A stretch of DNA of 64,000 bases from Chrysiogenia bacterium (GTDB lineage Bacteria; Acidobacteriota; Aminicenantia; UBA2199), in assembly GCA_043826505.1 (NCBI GenBank), contig JBDRQC010000004.1, forward strand, positions 524,974 to 588,973. The letters run 5' to 3'. The translations under genes were made by a program, and so were the position numbers. Below the pieces are notes generated by a model. That model did not search any database and was not told the DNA's origin. It saw only the letters and a list, made by a program, of their open reading frames with translations. Shown piece after piece: positions 21,219 to 30,627 of this stretch. The number at the start of each line of letters is the position of its first letter. Position 1 is the first letter of the stretch.

Positions 21219-21689
21219 CTATTTTCCCGCCGGCCGTGAAAAAAATGCACTCATCAGCCACTTTCCTTCCCGCTTCACCATCACGCAGGCGCCCAGCAGC
21301 TTCATGGGCGGCAGGGGATTCCCCTTGGCATCAATCATTCCGGAAAACTCCCAGTACGCCTTGTAAAGCGCAACGTCGGCGCTGAGGAAAACCACACCCA
21401 GCTCGCCCGAGCGCTTATATTGCGCATGAGTCTGGCTCTTCAATCCCTCCAGGCTGAGCTTGACATTGATATCCCGACCCTTGTCCGTCCCCAGCCAGTT
21501 TTCAAAATCTTCGGCCATCAGGGCGCCGAACGCTTGGCCATCACGCAGCCGGTAGGCTTCGTCCAGTTGCTCCATCACCTTCCTGATCGCTGCCGCATCC
21601 GCGGAGCGGTCTATAGCCGGCGCCAGCAGGGGAGCCAGAAAAAGGCACAAACCGATCAAGAAAATCATCCGGTTCTTCATTTTCGCCAT
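21219..21689 (-). CDS. nuclear transport factor 2 (SnoaL-like/DUF4440) family secreted protein
   Basis: Signal peptide; about 150 aa with the YKRSGELGVVF...WEFSG pattern of SnoaL-like folds. Confidence 0.5.
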   Translation of the reverse strand: MAKMKNRMIFLIGLCLFLAPLLAPAIDRSADAAAIRKVMEQLDEAYRLRDGQAFGALMAEDFENWLGTDKGRDINVKLSLEGLKSQTHAQYKRSGELGVVFLSADVALYKAYWEFSGMIDAKGNPLPPMKLLGACVMVKREGKWLMSAFFSRPAGK

Positions 21690-21822
21690 CCTCCCATGTT
21701 TCGACTTTGAATACGTAAACTTGCAGCGACCGGACCAAAAAATGCCTGGTTTTGTCTCGAAAAGGCACTTTGCGGGACCCGGCTTCGCTGTTGCCCGGAT
21801 CGGGTCTCCCCCGCTTTCCCCG

Positions 21823-22617
21823 CTACCAGCAGGGGGAGTCGAAGGCCTCCTCGCCCATGTCCAGGTGGCGCCAGCTCCAGCTGAGAGCGAAGTTCTTGTT
21901 GACCGCCTCGGGCGCCGCCTCGGTCAGATTGACCCAGATCACGGCCGGATCGGTGCTGCCGTAGCACAGGTGGAATTTGTCGGGATCGGTGGGGTGGACC
22001 GTCTCCACCGTCACCCGATAGCTGCCCGGGGCATTGAACACGACCAGCGAATAGGGACAGATGCCATCGCTGTTGAAGGCGGCCGTGCAGGTGCTGACCG
22101 TCCGGGCGCCGCGCATGAGCTTGACCTTCAGCTGCAGACCGTTGAGCCATTCGACGTGCTGGCCGCCGGCGATGATGCGGCCCGAAACCTTGTAGATCTT
22201 GCGCTCCAGGCGCACCTGGGGAATGCACTTCAAGTCGAACACGGCCTTGTTGGAGGTGCGGGAATTGGGCGCCACTATTTCGATCTGCATCCAGCGATCG
22301 CGATAGGTTCCCATGGTCCCGCCGAGTTGCCAATAGGTGGAAACCGTCTTCGTGCCCGCCGTGGTGAAAACCAGTGCGGTTTCGGCTCCCCTGGAACCGT
22401 CGCTGCGCAGCCAGCGGTAGCGCACCGTGCCCCCGCGATTGGTCGTGATCCTGCCGGTGAAAGTGAAGCGGTGGGGACAGAAACCGGTGTACTCGCGTTC
22501 CGAAACAGAAAGCGACGCTCCGGTCACCTTGAAAGCTTCGATCGGGAAGACCGCCAACGTGACGGCTATGAAAACAAACATGAAAGAGATCAGTTTTAAG
22601 CGCACAGGCACCTCCAT
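21823..22617 (-). CDS. hypothetical secreted protein
   Basis: Probable start MEVPVRLKLISFMFVFIAVTLAVFP (signal peptide) inside the 313-aa ORF; Cys-containing beta-rich sequence. Confidence 0.45.
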   Translation of the reverse strand: MEVPVRLKLISFMFVFIAVTLAVFPIEAFKVTGASLSVSEREYTGFCPHRFTFTGRITTNRGGTVRYRWLRSDGSRGAETALVFTTAGTKTVSTYWQLGGTMGTYRDRWMQIEIVAPNSRTSNKAVFDLKCIPQVRLERKIYKVSGRIIAGGQHVEWLNGLQLKVKLMRGARTVSTCTAAFNSDGICPYSLVVFNAPGSYRVTVETVHPTDPDKFHLCYGSTDPAVIWVNLTEAAPEAVNKNFALSWSWRHLDMGEEAFDSPCW

Positions 22618-22760
22618 TGTTCGCCCGGCGGATCGCTCCGCGCAAGCTAGGTGATTATATACGATTTTATGAGCGATTATCTCAGGAGAAATTGGCCTTA
22701 AATCACGCAGCGTCACCGGTCTTCTCCAGCCGATCGCTGACCTCTCCCCGCGCCGCCATG

Positions 22761-23201
22761 TCACATGCCCGTGATGGAGCGCTGCACGAATGCCAGCACG
22801 GCCATGGCCAGGAACAGGATGATCGCCGCCACGCTCCAGGACTTTCCGGCGAGCGCGGCCACTCCCAGCATGCCGCCCGAGGCGGCGAAAAAAAGCGTGA
22901 CGTAGGCGATGGTCATCCAGCGTACCTGGCGAAAATCGATCTTGAAGATGTAATCGAGCAGTGCCTCCGCCACAAGATAGACCAGCAGCAGGACAATCTG
23001 GATATAATATAGAGCGGGCCTTTGCAGCGGCGGCGCCTTGGCCAGAAGGTACGCCAGCGGCACGGCCAGAAGGAACAGGGCATAGCCCAGGTAATGCTCG
23101 AGGCGCGGCCGGCCCGCCAGCCTGGCAACAAAAATTAAAATGACCAGAACGTAATACACGATGGCCACGATCGCACCCAGCAGGTTTGTTTTCTCCAGCA
23201 T
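22761..23201 (-). CDS. hypothetical integral membrane protein
   Basis: 146 aa, 4-5 TM helices. Confidence 0.45.
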   Translation of the reverse strand: MLEKTNLLGAIVAIVYYVLVILIFVARLAGRPRLEHYLGYALFLLAVPLAYLLAKAPPLQRPALYYIQIVLLLVYLVAEALLDYIFKIDFRQVRWMTIAYVTLFFAASGGMLGVAALAGKSWSVAAIILFLAMAVLAFVQRSITGM

Positions 23202-23337
23202 CTCCTCCTCCCCGGAACTCAGGAACTCAGGGACGGACTGTTAATCTGTGTATCCTTTTGCCGCCCAGCGTTTGTGATTCTGGTCATCAATTTTAAAAAA
23301 GCTATAATGAAAGACCTGACACCATTGCCTCTCCGAA

Positions 23338-23766
23338 TTACTTTTCCATTGACACGATAAGCAATTTATCCTGCACCGGTCTGATCTTGAAAGTAAGCAC
23401 AATGCCTTTCCGGAAAGGCCACAATTCCTTGAACTTTATTCCGGATTGAAGAGTGGGGAATCTCCTTTCAAGATAGAAAGCGAGTTCTTTTTCCTGCAAT
23501 TCTCCTGCCAGTACCCGCACGTTAATAAAATTTGCCCGGTACAGAGTATATTCGTAGTCTCCCTCTGTTACCCTTACCAGCGGCAGCAGGTTGCTAAGCT
23601 GTGCCGTGACTTTGATCTGGAACTCATTCTCACTGTACCAGGGGATAAGGTTTTCCCTGGTGTAAGCGTTGACCTGTGCGGCCATCTCCGGCATGACAGT
23701 GATTTTTGATTCGGCAATAACCGCAAGCGAACAGAATAACAGGGTAATGGCCAAACTTTTTCTCAT
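23338..23766 (-). CDS. hypothetical secreted protein
   Basis: Signal peptide MRKSLAITLLFCSLAVIA; about 20 bp before its TAA stop on the plus strand, i.e. 5 nt downstream in gene sense, sits a copy of the array motif. Confidence 0.5.
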   Translation of the reverse strand: MRKSLAITLLFCSLAVIAESKITVMPEMAAQVNAYTRENLIPWYSENEFQIKVTAQLSNLLPLVRVTEGDYEYTLYRANFINVRVLAGELQEKELAFYLERRFPTLQSGIKFKELWPFRKGIVLTFKIRPVQDKLLIVSMEK

Positions 23767-23927
23767 ATGTTCTCCTCATGAACAAGCGGGATCAAATCTC
23801 ATTTTCAGAAATTTGCGCCGATCTCAAGCATCGCCCCAGTTCCTTCTATCCCGGAAACTTCATTTCTATTTTTTTCCTGAATTCACAAAGTCAAGCACCA
23901 GCCCCGATATTCCCGAGGCCCCCCGCC

Positions 23928-24725
23928 TCAATTCTCGGCCCAGGGCTTGAACAGCCGACGGTACTGCTCCGGCGTCCTGACGACCTCGTGGTACCAGACC
24001 GGAAAAAGATACTCGCACTCCTCGCACTTGGCCAGCGCTTTCTCCAGCCGGGCTGTTTTTTCGGCAATCGCGTCCAGCCAGGCCTGCGGCGGCTTGTGCA
24101 GGAGCTCGAACTTCGCGATGGCGCGGACAGGGATGCGCTTCACCTTGGCCGGCGCCAGTTTCATGTAATAAGACAGCGAGTTCTCACTTACCCTCTCAAT
24201 AAGATACACTCCGTCGGGGATCTCGGTAAAGACCGGGATGGATTCGTGCAGGAGGTAGATATTGGAGGTGGTTATGGTCCTGCTCAGAACAACGGCCGAG
24301 CCTTCCTTCTTTGGCTCGGTGCGCTCGGAGACCTTGGTCTCTTTGACATAAAGCTGGCGGTAGGTGATGTCCTCCAGGTAGTATACGACGGGCTGGCGGC
24401 CCTTGTAGTTGAAGCCGCCCACGGCGCCGTTGGCAAAGTACCTGTGCCCGGTCCAGGGCTCCAGGGCGAGGAAATCTAAATCCAGGAACACCGGCAGCTT
24501 GAAGTCGGAATTGACACTGACGGGTGTCTCGGTGATGTAAAAGCCGTTGACGTCCCAGTAGCGCTGGTAGCCTCCCCTGGCCGCCAGGACTGCCCCTTCG
24601 ATCACCGTGCCGTCCATCAGGGTGACGCGGCAAAGGGCCTGCAGGTCGGGATTCCCCAGGTCGGCCTGCAGGAACTGCCAGCCGCCCAGGGCCAGGACGA
24701 TCAGCATGGTTATCTTGATTTTCAT
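23928..24725 (-). CDS. hypothetical secreted protein
   Basis: Likely start MKIKITMLIVLALGGWQFLQA (signal peptide). Confidence 0.5.
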   Translation of the reverse strand: MKIKITMLIVLALGGWQFLQADLGNPDLQALCRVTLMDGTVIEGAVLAARGGYQRYWDVNGFYITETPVSVNSDFKLPVFLDLDFLALEPWTGHRYFANGAVGGFNYKGRQPVVYYLEDITYRQLYVKETKVSERTEPKKEGSAVVLSRTITTSNIYLLHESIPVFTEIPDGVYLIERVSENSLSYYMKLAPAKVKRIPVRAIAKFELLHKPPQAWLDAIAEKTARLEKALAKCEECEYLFPVWYHEVVRTPEQYRRLFKPWAEN

Positions 24726-24796
24726 TTTCCCGCCTCCACAGCCTGGCAAGCTATCACGAACCGCTTAAAATGAAATCCGCATTGTTGCGAATCGGA

Positions 24797-25069
24797 TCAA
24801 GGTTTCAGGACATCGCCCTCTTTCGCCGTGGTTATCTGCTCCATGGATACATTGAAGCCCGACTCCTGGAGAAAGGAGTGAAAGCAATCGGGCCCGGACC
24901 CCGAATACCCGAATTGGAAAATGAAGTTGCCCGGCAGGGTGATGGTCTGCCTTTCGAACACCAGGACGATGCGGCTGGGGCTCTTCGACTCCAGCCGCGC
25001 TTCGAGCAGCCGCCCGCATTGCGCGCGCAGGTCGGCGGCGATCTTTCTTCCCTCGGCTTCATAGGCCAT
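24797..25069 (-). CDS. hypothetical protein
   Basis: 90-aa ORF, no motif. Confidence 0.35.
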   Translation of the reverse strand: MAYEAEGRKIAADLRAQCGRLLEARLESKSPSRIVLVFERQTITLPGNFIFQFGYSGSGPDCFHSFLQESGFNVSMEQITTAKEGDVLKP

Positions 25070-25138
25070 GTTATTTTGCTCCTTTTTTTTGTTTTATTAT
25101 AAACAGTATCGCTTTAATTGCAACTGCTTCCTTCAATA

Positions 25139-25513
25139 TCAGGCATCGCCGGTGGGCGTTACCGTGGCGGCCTCGACCATCAGCACCAGGGTGCGCTCGG
25201 GGGCGCGCGGCCGGTGGCTCACACCCCTGGGAACCACGATCCCCTGCCTGGGAGTGAGTTCCACTGTACGATCCTTAAAATCGATAAACAGTATGCCTTC
25301 CACTACATAAAAGAATTCATCTTCCTTCTCATGTTGGTGCCAGTGGAAATCGCCCTTGAATATGCCCAGGCGCACCAGGGATTCGTTGACCTGGCACAGG
25401 GTCTGGTTGAACCAATTATAGTCACACGCCTTTTCTATAGCCCCGATATCGATCTTCTCCAATGCCCCGAACTTGATGTCGGTCTGGATCACATATTTCG
25501 TGTCTGGATTCAT
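25139..25513 (-). CDS. cupin domain protein
   Basis: Start MNPDTKY (ATG 25513); FHWHQHEKEDEFFYVVEG + VVPRGVSH cupin motifs. Confidence 0.7.
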   Translation of the reverse strand: MNPDTKYVIQTDIKFGALEKIDIGAIEKACDYNWFNQTLCQVNESLVRLGIFKGDFHWHQHEKEDEFFYVVEGILFIDFKDRTVELTPRQGIVVPRGVSHRPRAPERTLVLMVEAATVTPTGDA

Positions 25514-25548
25514 GTGTCCTCCTTTTTGGATTTTGGCTCCCGGCGCTC

Positions 25549-26199
25549 TCACCTTTTCAGCCAGGGGCAGACTTCCAGGCAGACCAGGCAGTTGTCGTCT
25601 CCCCGGCATGCCTTGACGTCCAGCACATCTTCCCGGCGTTCGGGGTGATCGGCAAAAGACACCAATCTTAAGGCGCCATACGGACATTGATCGACACACA
25701 GCGTGCAGTCGCCGCAGCGGTTCGCCAGCGGCTCGCCGGGCTGCAGGTCCAGGTTGGTCAGAACGGCGATCCAGCGGTGGACCGGGCCATACTCGGGCGA
25801 GACGATAAGCAGCGAGCGCCCCTGCCAGCCGAGCCCCGCCGCCTTGGCCAGCACCTTGAGCGACAGCAGCCCCAGGCGCCTGACCGGATCGAGCTCATCT
25901 TCAGGATGGATGATCAGGGCGAGATCTTCCTGCTTCTCCAGGTAAGCAGAAATCTGCAGCGCGGCTTTCTCCAAAAAGAAGTTTACATCGACGCCAGTCG
26001 CCTTCTCCCCCAGCTTGTTCAGCTGCGCTCCCAGGACGATCGCGTAGCGGAACTTGCCCGTCAACCCGGCCGGATCGCCGCCCATGCCTGCCGGCACTTC
26101 CCGCCGCCGCTCCAGATCGGCCACGCCGAACAGGTCCACTCCCATTTTACAGGCAAGGGCTCTCAATTCCGCTGTATGATCCATATCTTCTATCTCCAA
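25549..26199 (-). CDS. 4Fe-4S dicluster domain protein (epoxyqueuosine-reductase/RDH-like C-terminal region)
   Basis: CGDCTLCVDQCPYGAL and CLVCLEVCPW ferredoxin-type motifs. Confidence 0.55.
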   Translation of the reverse strand: MEIEDMDHTAELRALACKMGVDLFGVADLERRREVPAGMGGDPAGLTGKFRYAIVLGAQLNKLGEKATGVDVNFFLEKAALQISAYLEKQEDLALIIHPEDELDPVRRLGLLSLKVLAKAAGLGWQGRSLLIVSPEYGPVHRWIAVLTNLDLQPGEPLANRCGDCTLCVDQCPYGALRLVSFADHPERREDVLDVKACRGDDNCLVCLEVCPWLKR

Positions 26200-26236
26200 T
26201 GTCTAATATTGAGACCTGACCCCGTTGGCCCATTCC

Positions 26237-26932
26237 TCAATAGGCAACCACCTTTCCTTCAACAAGCCGGATGGGCGGATAGCCGGACATGGGATAAGAA
26301 TAATGAGTCTGCGTCATCTTCCAGTTTCCTTCTTTCTTGATGAGCACCATTGAAATCCGGATCGGCCAGACAAATGTTTCTCCCAATTCGGTGTGCTTGA
26401 GCACCATGCCGGCATCCCAGATGGCGGTAAAAAGCTTGATCCGAGCCGTTTTGGCCGCGTCTTTTTCCAGTTCGGCCAATCGTCTCAAGCAGCGGGCCAT
26501 GTTCTCTTCATTGCTCCTGCCAAAACCGTTTCCCGGGCTCTTGGTCACCGTCGCCGACATTGCCACGATCGCCACGTCCGGCGTTAAAATTCTAATATCG
26601 GGGTTATCCACATCCGCTTCCATTACGCCCCACCTCTTCCAGTCATTCGCGAATAACTCTTCCGCCTTGTCTATTCCCGTCTGCCATTCACCTGTATGGG
26701 GAAAGACACCGTTGGTACCCATGACACAAACATCATCGGTCATCAATTCCCGGACCCATTCCCCAACCTTTGACAGATCCCTTCCAGTATATCCATCCTG
26801 GAATTTCTTCAGGAATTCCTTCACTTCATCGCGTACTTTCCGGCCCGGATCGTTTTCCTGGCCGTTTAAACGCACCTGAAAGCAAGTCAGGACAAGAATA
26901 CTAAGAAGGATTGCCTTGCCTTTACATAGCAT
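26237..26932 (-). CDS. secreted SnoaL-like/DUF4440 family protein
   Basis: Signal peptide; NTF2-like length and pattern; stop codon at 26237-26239 with motif A at 26211-26230, i.e. 6 nt downstream of it in gene sense. Confidence 0.45.
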   Translation of the reverse strand: MLCKGKAILLSILVLTCFQVRLNGQENDPGRKVRDEVKEFLKKFQDGYTGRDLSKVGEWVRELMTDDVCVMGTNGVFPHTGEWQTGIDKAEELFANDWKRWGVMEADVDNPDIRILTPDVAIVAMSATVTKSPGNGFGRSNEENMARCLRRLAELEKDAAKTARIKLFTAIWDAGMVLKHTELGETFVWPIRISMVLIKKEGNWKMTQTHYSYPMSGYPPIRLVEGKVVAY

Positions 26933-27084
26933 TGTTCAACCTCCATTTTCAAACTATGGGCAGAAGGCGCTTTTTTTGATTTTTGCACCTTTGATAGGCC
27001 CTGTAAAATCTATAGTTCCTTGGTTCCTGGTTTTTCATTATTACTTCATCCCAGGAATCATTTGTAAAAACGTAAGACCTGACC

Positions 27085-27450
27085 TCATGTGTCAATATTT
27101 CCCTGATCTTTCGCTTTCCTCTTTGCACTTTTTTTCCATTTCGGTTTCGGAAGCGGAAGTTCTTGCGCGGTAATCCTGATCAAGCCGCTGAGCCATTCCT
27201 GGTCTTCATATGCATCTCCTATTAAAAAGCACAACTTGGCTCCGGGATAGGGCGGGGCTTCAACAACATCGCCTATATATGCCCTGCCGCCTGCGGTCGG
27301 CTTCACAAAAAGCTTGTTGTCACAAACCAGGGCCACGACTTTATTGTTGCAATATATTACATACTCGCCGAACATTTGCCTGTGAGAAATAAATCCGGCA
27401 TTTTCCATTTGCCTTGCGATGAATTCAATGAAAATTTTATCAGATGCCAA
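27085..27450 (-). CDS. TfoX N-terminal domain-containing protein
   Basis: IEFIARQMENAGFISHRQMFGEYVIYCNNKVVALVCDNKLFVK matches TfoX/Sxy N-domain; TGA stop lies inside motif A. Confidence 0.65.
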   Translation of the reverse strand: MASDKIFIEFIARQMENAGFISHRQMFGEYVIYCNNKVVALVCDNKLFVKPTAGGRAYIGDVVEAPPYPGAKLCFLIGDAYEDQEWLSGLIRITAQELPLPKPKWKKSAKRKAKDQGNIDT

Positions 27451-27675
27451 TGCGAACTCCTTGTTCGGAAAAATGGTGACGTTGCTTGCTAATATGTATT
27501 TTAACCATGAATTAAATCGACAAGCAAGCTCTTTTGAAAGCTATCCCGGAAAACGATTCTGATTTATGCATGGCTGCAAGCATCGCCCGCAAATCCCTCC
27601 CGGGATATCAAAAAATTTTTGCGCTTTGACGGTCCGTCCCCAATGGCCTTTCAAATGCCTTCCGCAGAGGAACCA

Positions 27676-28119
27676 TCACGTCATGCGGACTTCGAAAACA
27701 TCCTGAAAATGCAGGACCACATGATAGGACCGGACCCGGATGGCGAACAGGGCGCAATCGGGTGCCGAAAGGAACTCCCGCAGAGAGGGATGCTTGCGCA
27801 GGAAAAGCTTCGCCGATTTTTCACGTTCCCGCCCGCGCAGCTCCAGCGCGCGGCCGATGGCGGTCATGCCCGCGGCTTGCTGGAAATCCGTTTCGCGGTT
27901 CGAACGGTCGTCGATGAAAATGGCGGCCCGCTTCCTGCTCTTCAGGTTCTTGTATTTGCTTGTCGGGCGCCTGGTGGCGAACAGGATGTGTTTCAGGTCG
28001 CCGCTGGCCGCAAAGGCCACGATGTTCTGGTATGGATAGGCCTGTCCCAGCGTGGCCAGAATGCCCAGCTTTTGCGCGGACAAAAGATCCGCGATGATTT
28101 TGCGCTGCGAACGCGTCAT
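27676..28119 (-). CDS. pyridoxamine 5'-phosphate oxidase-like FMN-binding protein (general stress protein 26 family)
   Basis: LGILATLG..YPYQNIVAFA...FATRRPTSKYKNLK pattern of PNPOx-like split-barrel. Confidence 0.6.
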   Translation of the reverse strand: MTRSQRKIIADLLSAQKLGILATLGQAYPYQNIVAFAASGDLKHILFATRRPTSKYKNLKSRKRAAIFIDDRSNRETDFQQAAGMTAIGRALELRGREREKSAKLFLRKHPSLREFLSAPDCALFAIRVRSYHVVLHFQDVFEVRMT

Positions 28120-28329
28120 CCAGTCACTCCCTGCCGGCCCCAAAATTTAAAACCTGTCATTTCAAGACCTGACCCTCATGCCCCGGTTTGCCTCGACTTC
28201 TCCGCCAGCCGATAGATGTCGCAGCCGCCGCAATACAGCCCACAATAGCCGTCGAGTTTTATTTCGTCCATTTAATTCCTCTATCGCAAATTGTCCAAAG
28301 TCAAGCACCTTCCCCAAAGGCCGATTTTC

Positions 28330-29283
28330 TTATGTCCTTTTTTCAATGGCTTTGTATTCAAGTTCGGAGGCAGACCGAAAGTTGAAATTATAAAGCCAAT
28401 TTTCAAGATTTGACCAAATATCCTTTTCCTCTAATGGAGTCCGGGGTAAGTCAAAGTTCAGGGCAGAGAGGAGTTGGAAGCGATAAAGATCATAAGAGGA
28501 ACGGATGAGCAGACCATAGGAATTGGCCTTGGCCATAATTCCCTTGTAAGCCAGCCAGGAGAAAAGCGAGAGTGCGATGAATATGCCCCAGGCGATCCAC
28601 CCCCTTGGAGTTTGTCGACCAAAGTAAAATTCTCCCTGACAAAAAAAATGGAAAAAGGAAAATACACCAAGAAAAAAACTGAGGCAGGAGAAATGAATCA
28701 GGGTTATCATGGCGATAAGGTTTTCATTCAAGTTGTCCTGAATCACTTCCGGAATGAGTGGAAAAAGTCGTGGCCACCAAAACACGCCATCAAGTCCATA
28801 TATGGTTCGCGGATACATCTCCGCGGAACGGATGATGTTTCCAAAACACGTGGGCAGAAAAAACTTTTCCTCCGCCGGGTATCCGAAGTAGATTCTTGCT
28901 TGAAGTGAAGAGTAGCGATCGGATCCTTTTTCTGCTTCGATTCTTCTTGCATCGCATAACTTTTTCCATTTTTTTATGACCCGCTTTTGGAACAATTGCC
29001 GCAACCACTTGGGCCAGTATCCCTCAAAGATGCGCATGAGGTAATAGGAAACACCATGGACAATATAGGCGATCAGGGTGATAAGAAGCAGAAAAGTTAC
29101 CAAAACAAAAATTTGTTTGGGGACGCTCCAGGCCCCCCACGTCATGACAGGAACAACATATCCGAAAGGGAAATAGTATACCAATAGGGATATAATCGCC
29201 GCAGTGAAAGATGGGAACCAGCAGCAATGAATAAAGCTTCGGCTGAATACTCCGCTGAATTTTTCTAAAACTGTGTTGAACAT
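28330..29283 (-). CDS. hypothetical multi-pass membrane protein
   Basis: 317 aa, AT-rich, many TM helices; 13 bp downstream of the zinc-ribbon ORF (operon). Confidence 0.5.
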   Translation of the reverse strand: MFNTVLEKFSGVFSRSFIHCCWFPSFTAAIISLLVYYFPFGYVVPVMTWGAWSVPKQIFVLVTFLLLITLIAYIVHGVSYYLMRIFEGYWPKWLRQLFQKRVIKKWKKLCDARRIEAEKGSDRYSSLQARIYFGYPAEEKFFLPTCFGNIIRSAEMYPRTIYGLDGVFWWPRLFPLIPEVIQDNLNENLIAMITLIHFSCLSFFLGVFSFFHFFCQGEFYFGRQTPRGWIAWGIFIALSLFSWLAYKGIMAKANSYGLLIRSSYDLYRFQLLSALNFDLPRTPLEEKDIWSNLENWLYNFNFRSASELEYKAIEKRT

Positions 29284-29296
29284 GAGATGAGATTAT

Positions 29297-29596
29297 TCAA
29301 ATCAAAAAATTACTGCAATGAGGACAAATAGCCCTGCCTTTCTCCCACCTTGCCTCCTGGGAAAGGATTTTGAGATTACATGTTGTACAATCGAATGAAG
29401 AAAACTTGATTCCCGGATCACCAAAGGGTGTTGAACCCAAACCATCCATTTTTTCAGAATGTTCAGCCTGTGAATACTCCTTCTTTTCAATATCTTTTCC
29501 AGGAATTTCCTTATTGTCGCCTCCATTCCCGAATCCCCCAAAAGGGTCATCGCCACCGAATTCCCCATTAAAACTATCGCCTCCCAATTTCACCAT
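29297..29596 (-). CDS. small Gly-rich protein with C-terminal zinc ribbon
   Basis: N-term GGDSFNGEFGGDDPFGGFGNGGD; C-term CTTC...CPHC. Confidence 0.45.
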   Translation of the reverse strand: MVKLGGDSFNGEFGGDDPFGGFGNGGDNKEIPGKDIEKKEYSQAEHSEKMDGLGSTPFGDPGIKFSSFDCTTCNLKILSQEARWEKGRAICPHCSNFLI

Positions 29597-29858
29597 TTTT
29601 TACCTCCCCTCTAATCCGCCCGTATCCAGGTGGACAATCTCTAATCCTTTTTTTAAGCGTAATTGCAATAAAATTCAAGCTTTTTTTTCTGTTTCTGTTT
29701 TTTTTAAATCTACCCGTATGATTTTCATTTCATTCAATCAAAGTCACAAAGTCAAGTCCCCAAAGCCTGGTTCCGTCCCCAAAGTCTGGTTTTTCACTTT
29801 GCCCAAACCAATTGTCATGAAAGACCTGACACCGATGCCCAGTCAAACACAACTGTGC

Positions 29859-30269
29859 CTAGCCCTGCCTGCCATCCTCCTCGATCACCTTCCAGCCTTC
29901 GGTCCAATCCGCATACACCTGCCAGAATTTGATCTTATCATTCTCCACAACGGCTTTCCATGCGGCTGGCATCTCGATCCGGTTTTCAGGAACAAGCCCG
30001 CGTTTCCCGTTGTAGGTTCCGCAAGCCGACCCAAAAACAGCCACCATGCTTCCCTGGCGGAAAATATTCTCGACCTTGATCGTAAAGTCGGGAAACATGC
30101 GGAAATACTCGCCCCATCCTTTCGTCATCACATCCAGACCGGACGTCACCTTGCCGCTGGAATCAACAAAAACGTGATCCTCCGTCATAAGGCTGGAAAG
30201 TCGGGTAACGTCGCCCTGGTTGATTGCGGAGATGAAAGCCATCACTACATCAGTCTCGTTTGACTTCAT
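29859..30269 (-). CDS. nuclear transport factor 2 (SnoaL-like) family protein
   Basis: 136 aa; AFISAINQGDVTRLSSLMTEDHVFVDSSGK pattern typical of SnoaL/DUF4440. Confidence 0.6.
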   Translation of the reverse strand: MKSNETDVVMAFISAINQGDVTRLSSLMTEDHVFVDSSGKVTSGLDVMTKGWGEYFRMFPDFTIKVENIFRQGSMVAVFGSACGTYNGKRGLVPENRIEMPAAWKAVVENDKIKFWQVYADWTEGWKVIEEDGRQG

Positions 30270-30627
30270 CCGCTCCTCCCTTTTGCCGTAACTATTTCTT
30301 ATCTAAATCCTATCCCGCTACCCTGAACATTCATGCGAGCAGCAAATGGGTATCCGCTCAATTTCCACATTCACAAATGGAACTGTCATTTCAAGACCTG
30401 ATCCTCATGCCAGAAGAATATAAATGCCCCTTGTATTAGCAGGAATATTACGAATTTCTGTTTGCGGTCTAAATTCAGCAATTTGCTTTATAAATCTACA
30501 TTTGGACGTTGACATTAGACATTCTCCTTAACTATCATTGCTAACACTCTCTTTTGCAATGCCCCCACTTGAAGCCAAATATTAAAATAAAAAAATTTAT
30601 TATTCAAAGACTAGCCCTACTGTCTTC

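Noticed and set aside
27072-28182. Motif as bacterial SECIS element (UGA followed by a hairpin with GGUC-type loop)
   Set aside because: The UGA sits at the natural C-terminus of unrelated proteins rather than in-frame inside selenoprotein families. More than ten copies follow unrelated ORFs, and no selenoprotein-like sequence continues after the stop. Chance resemblance.
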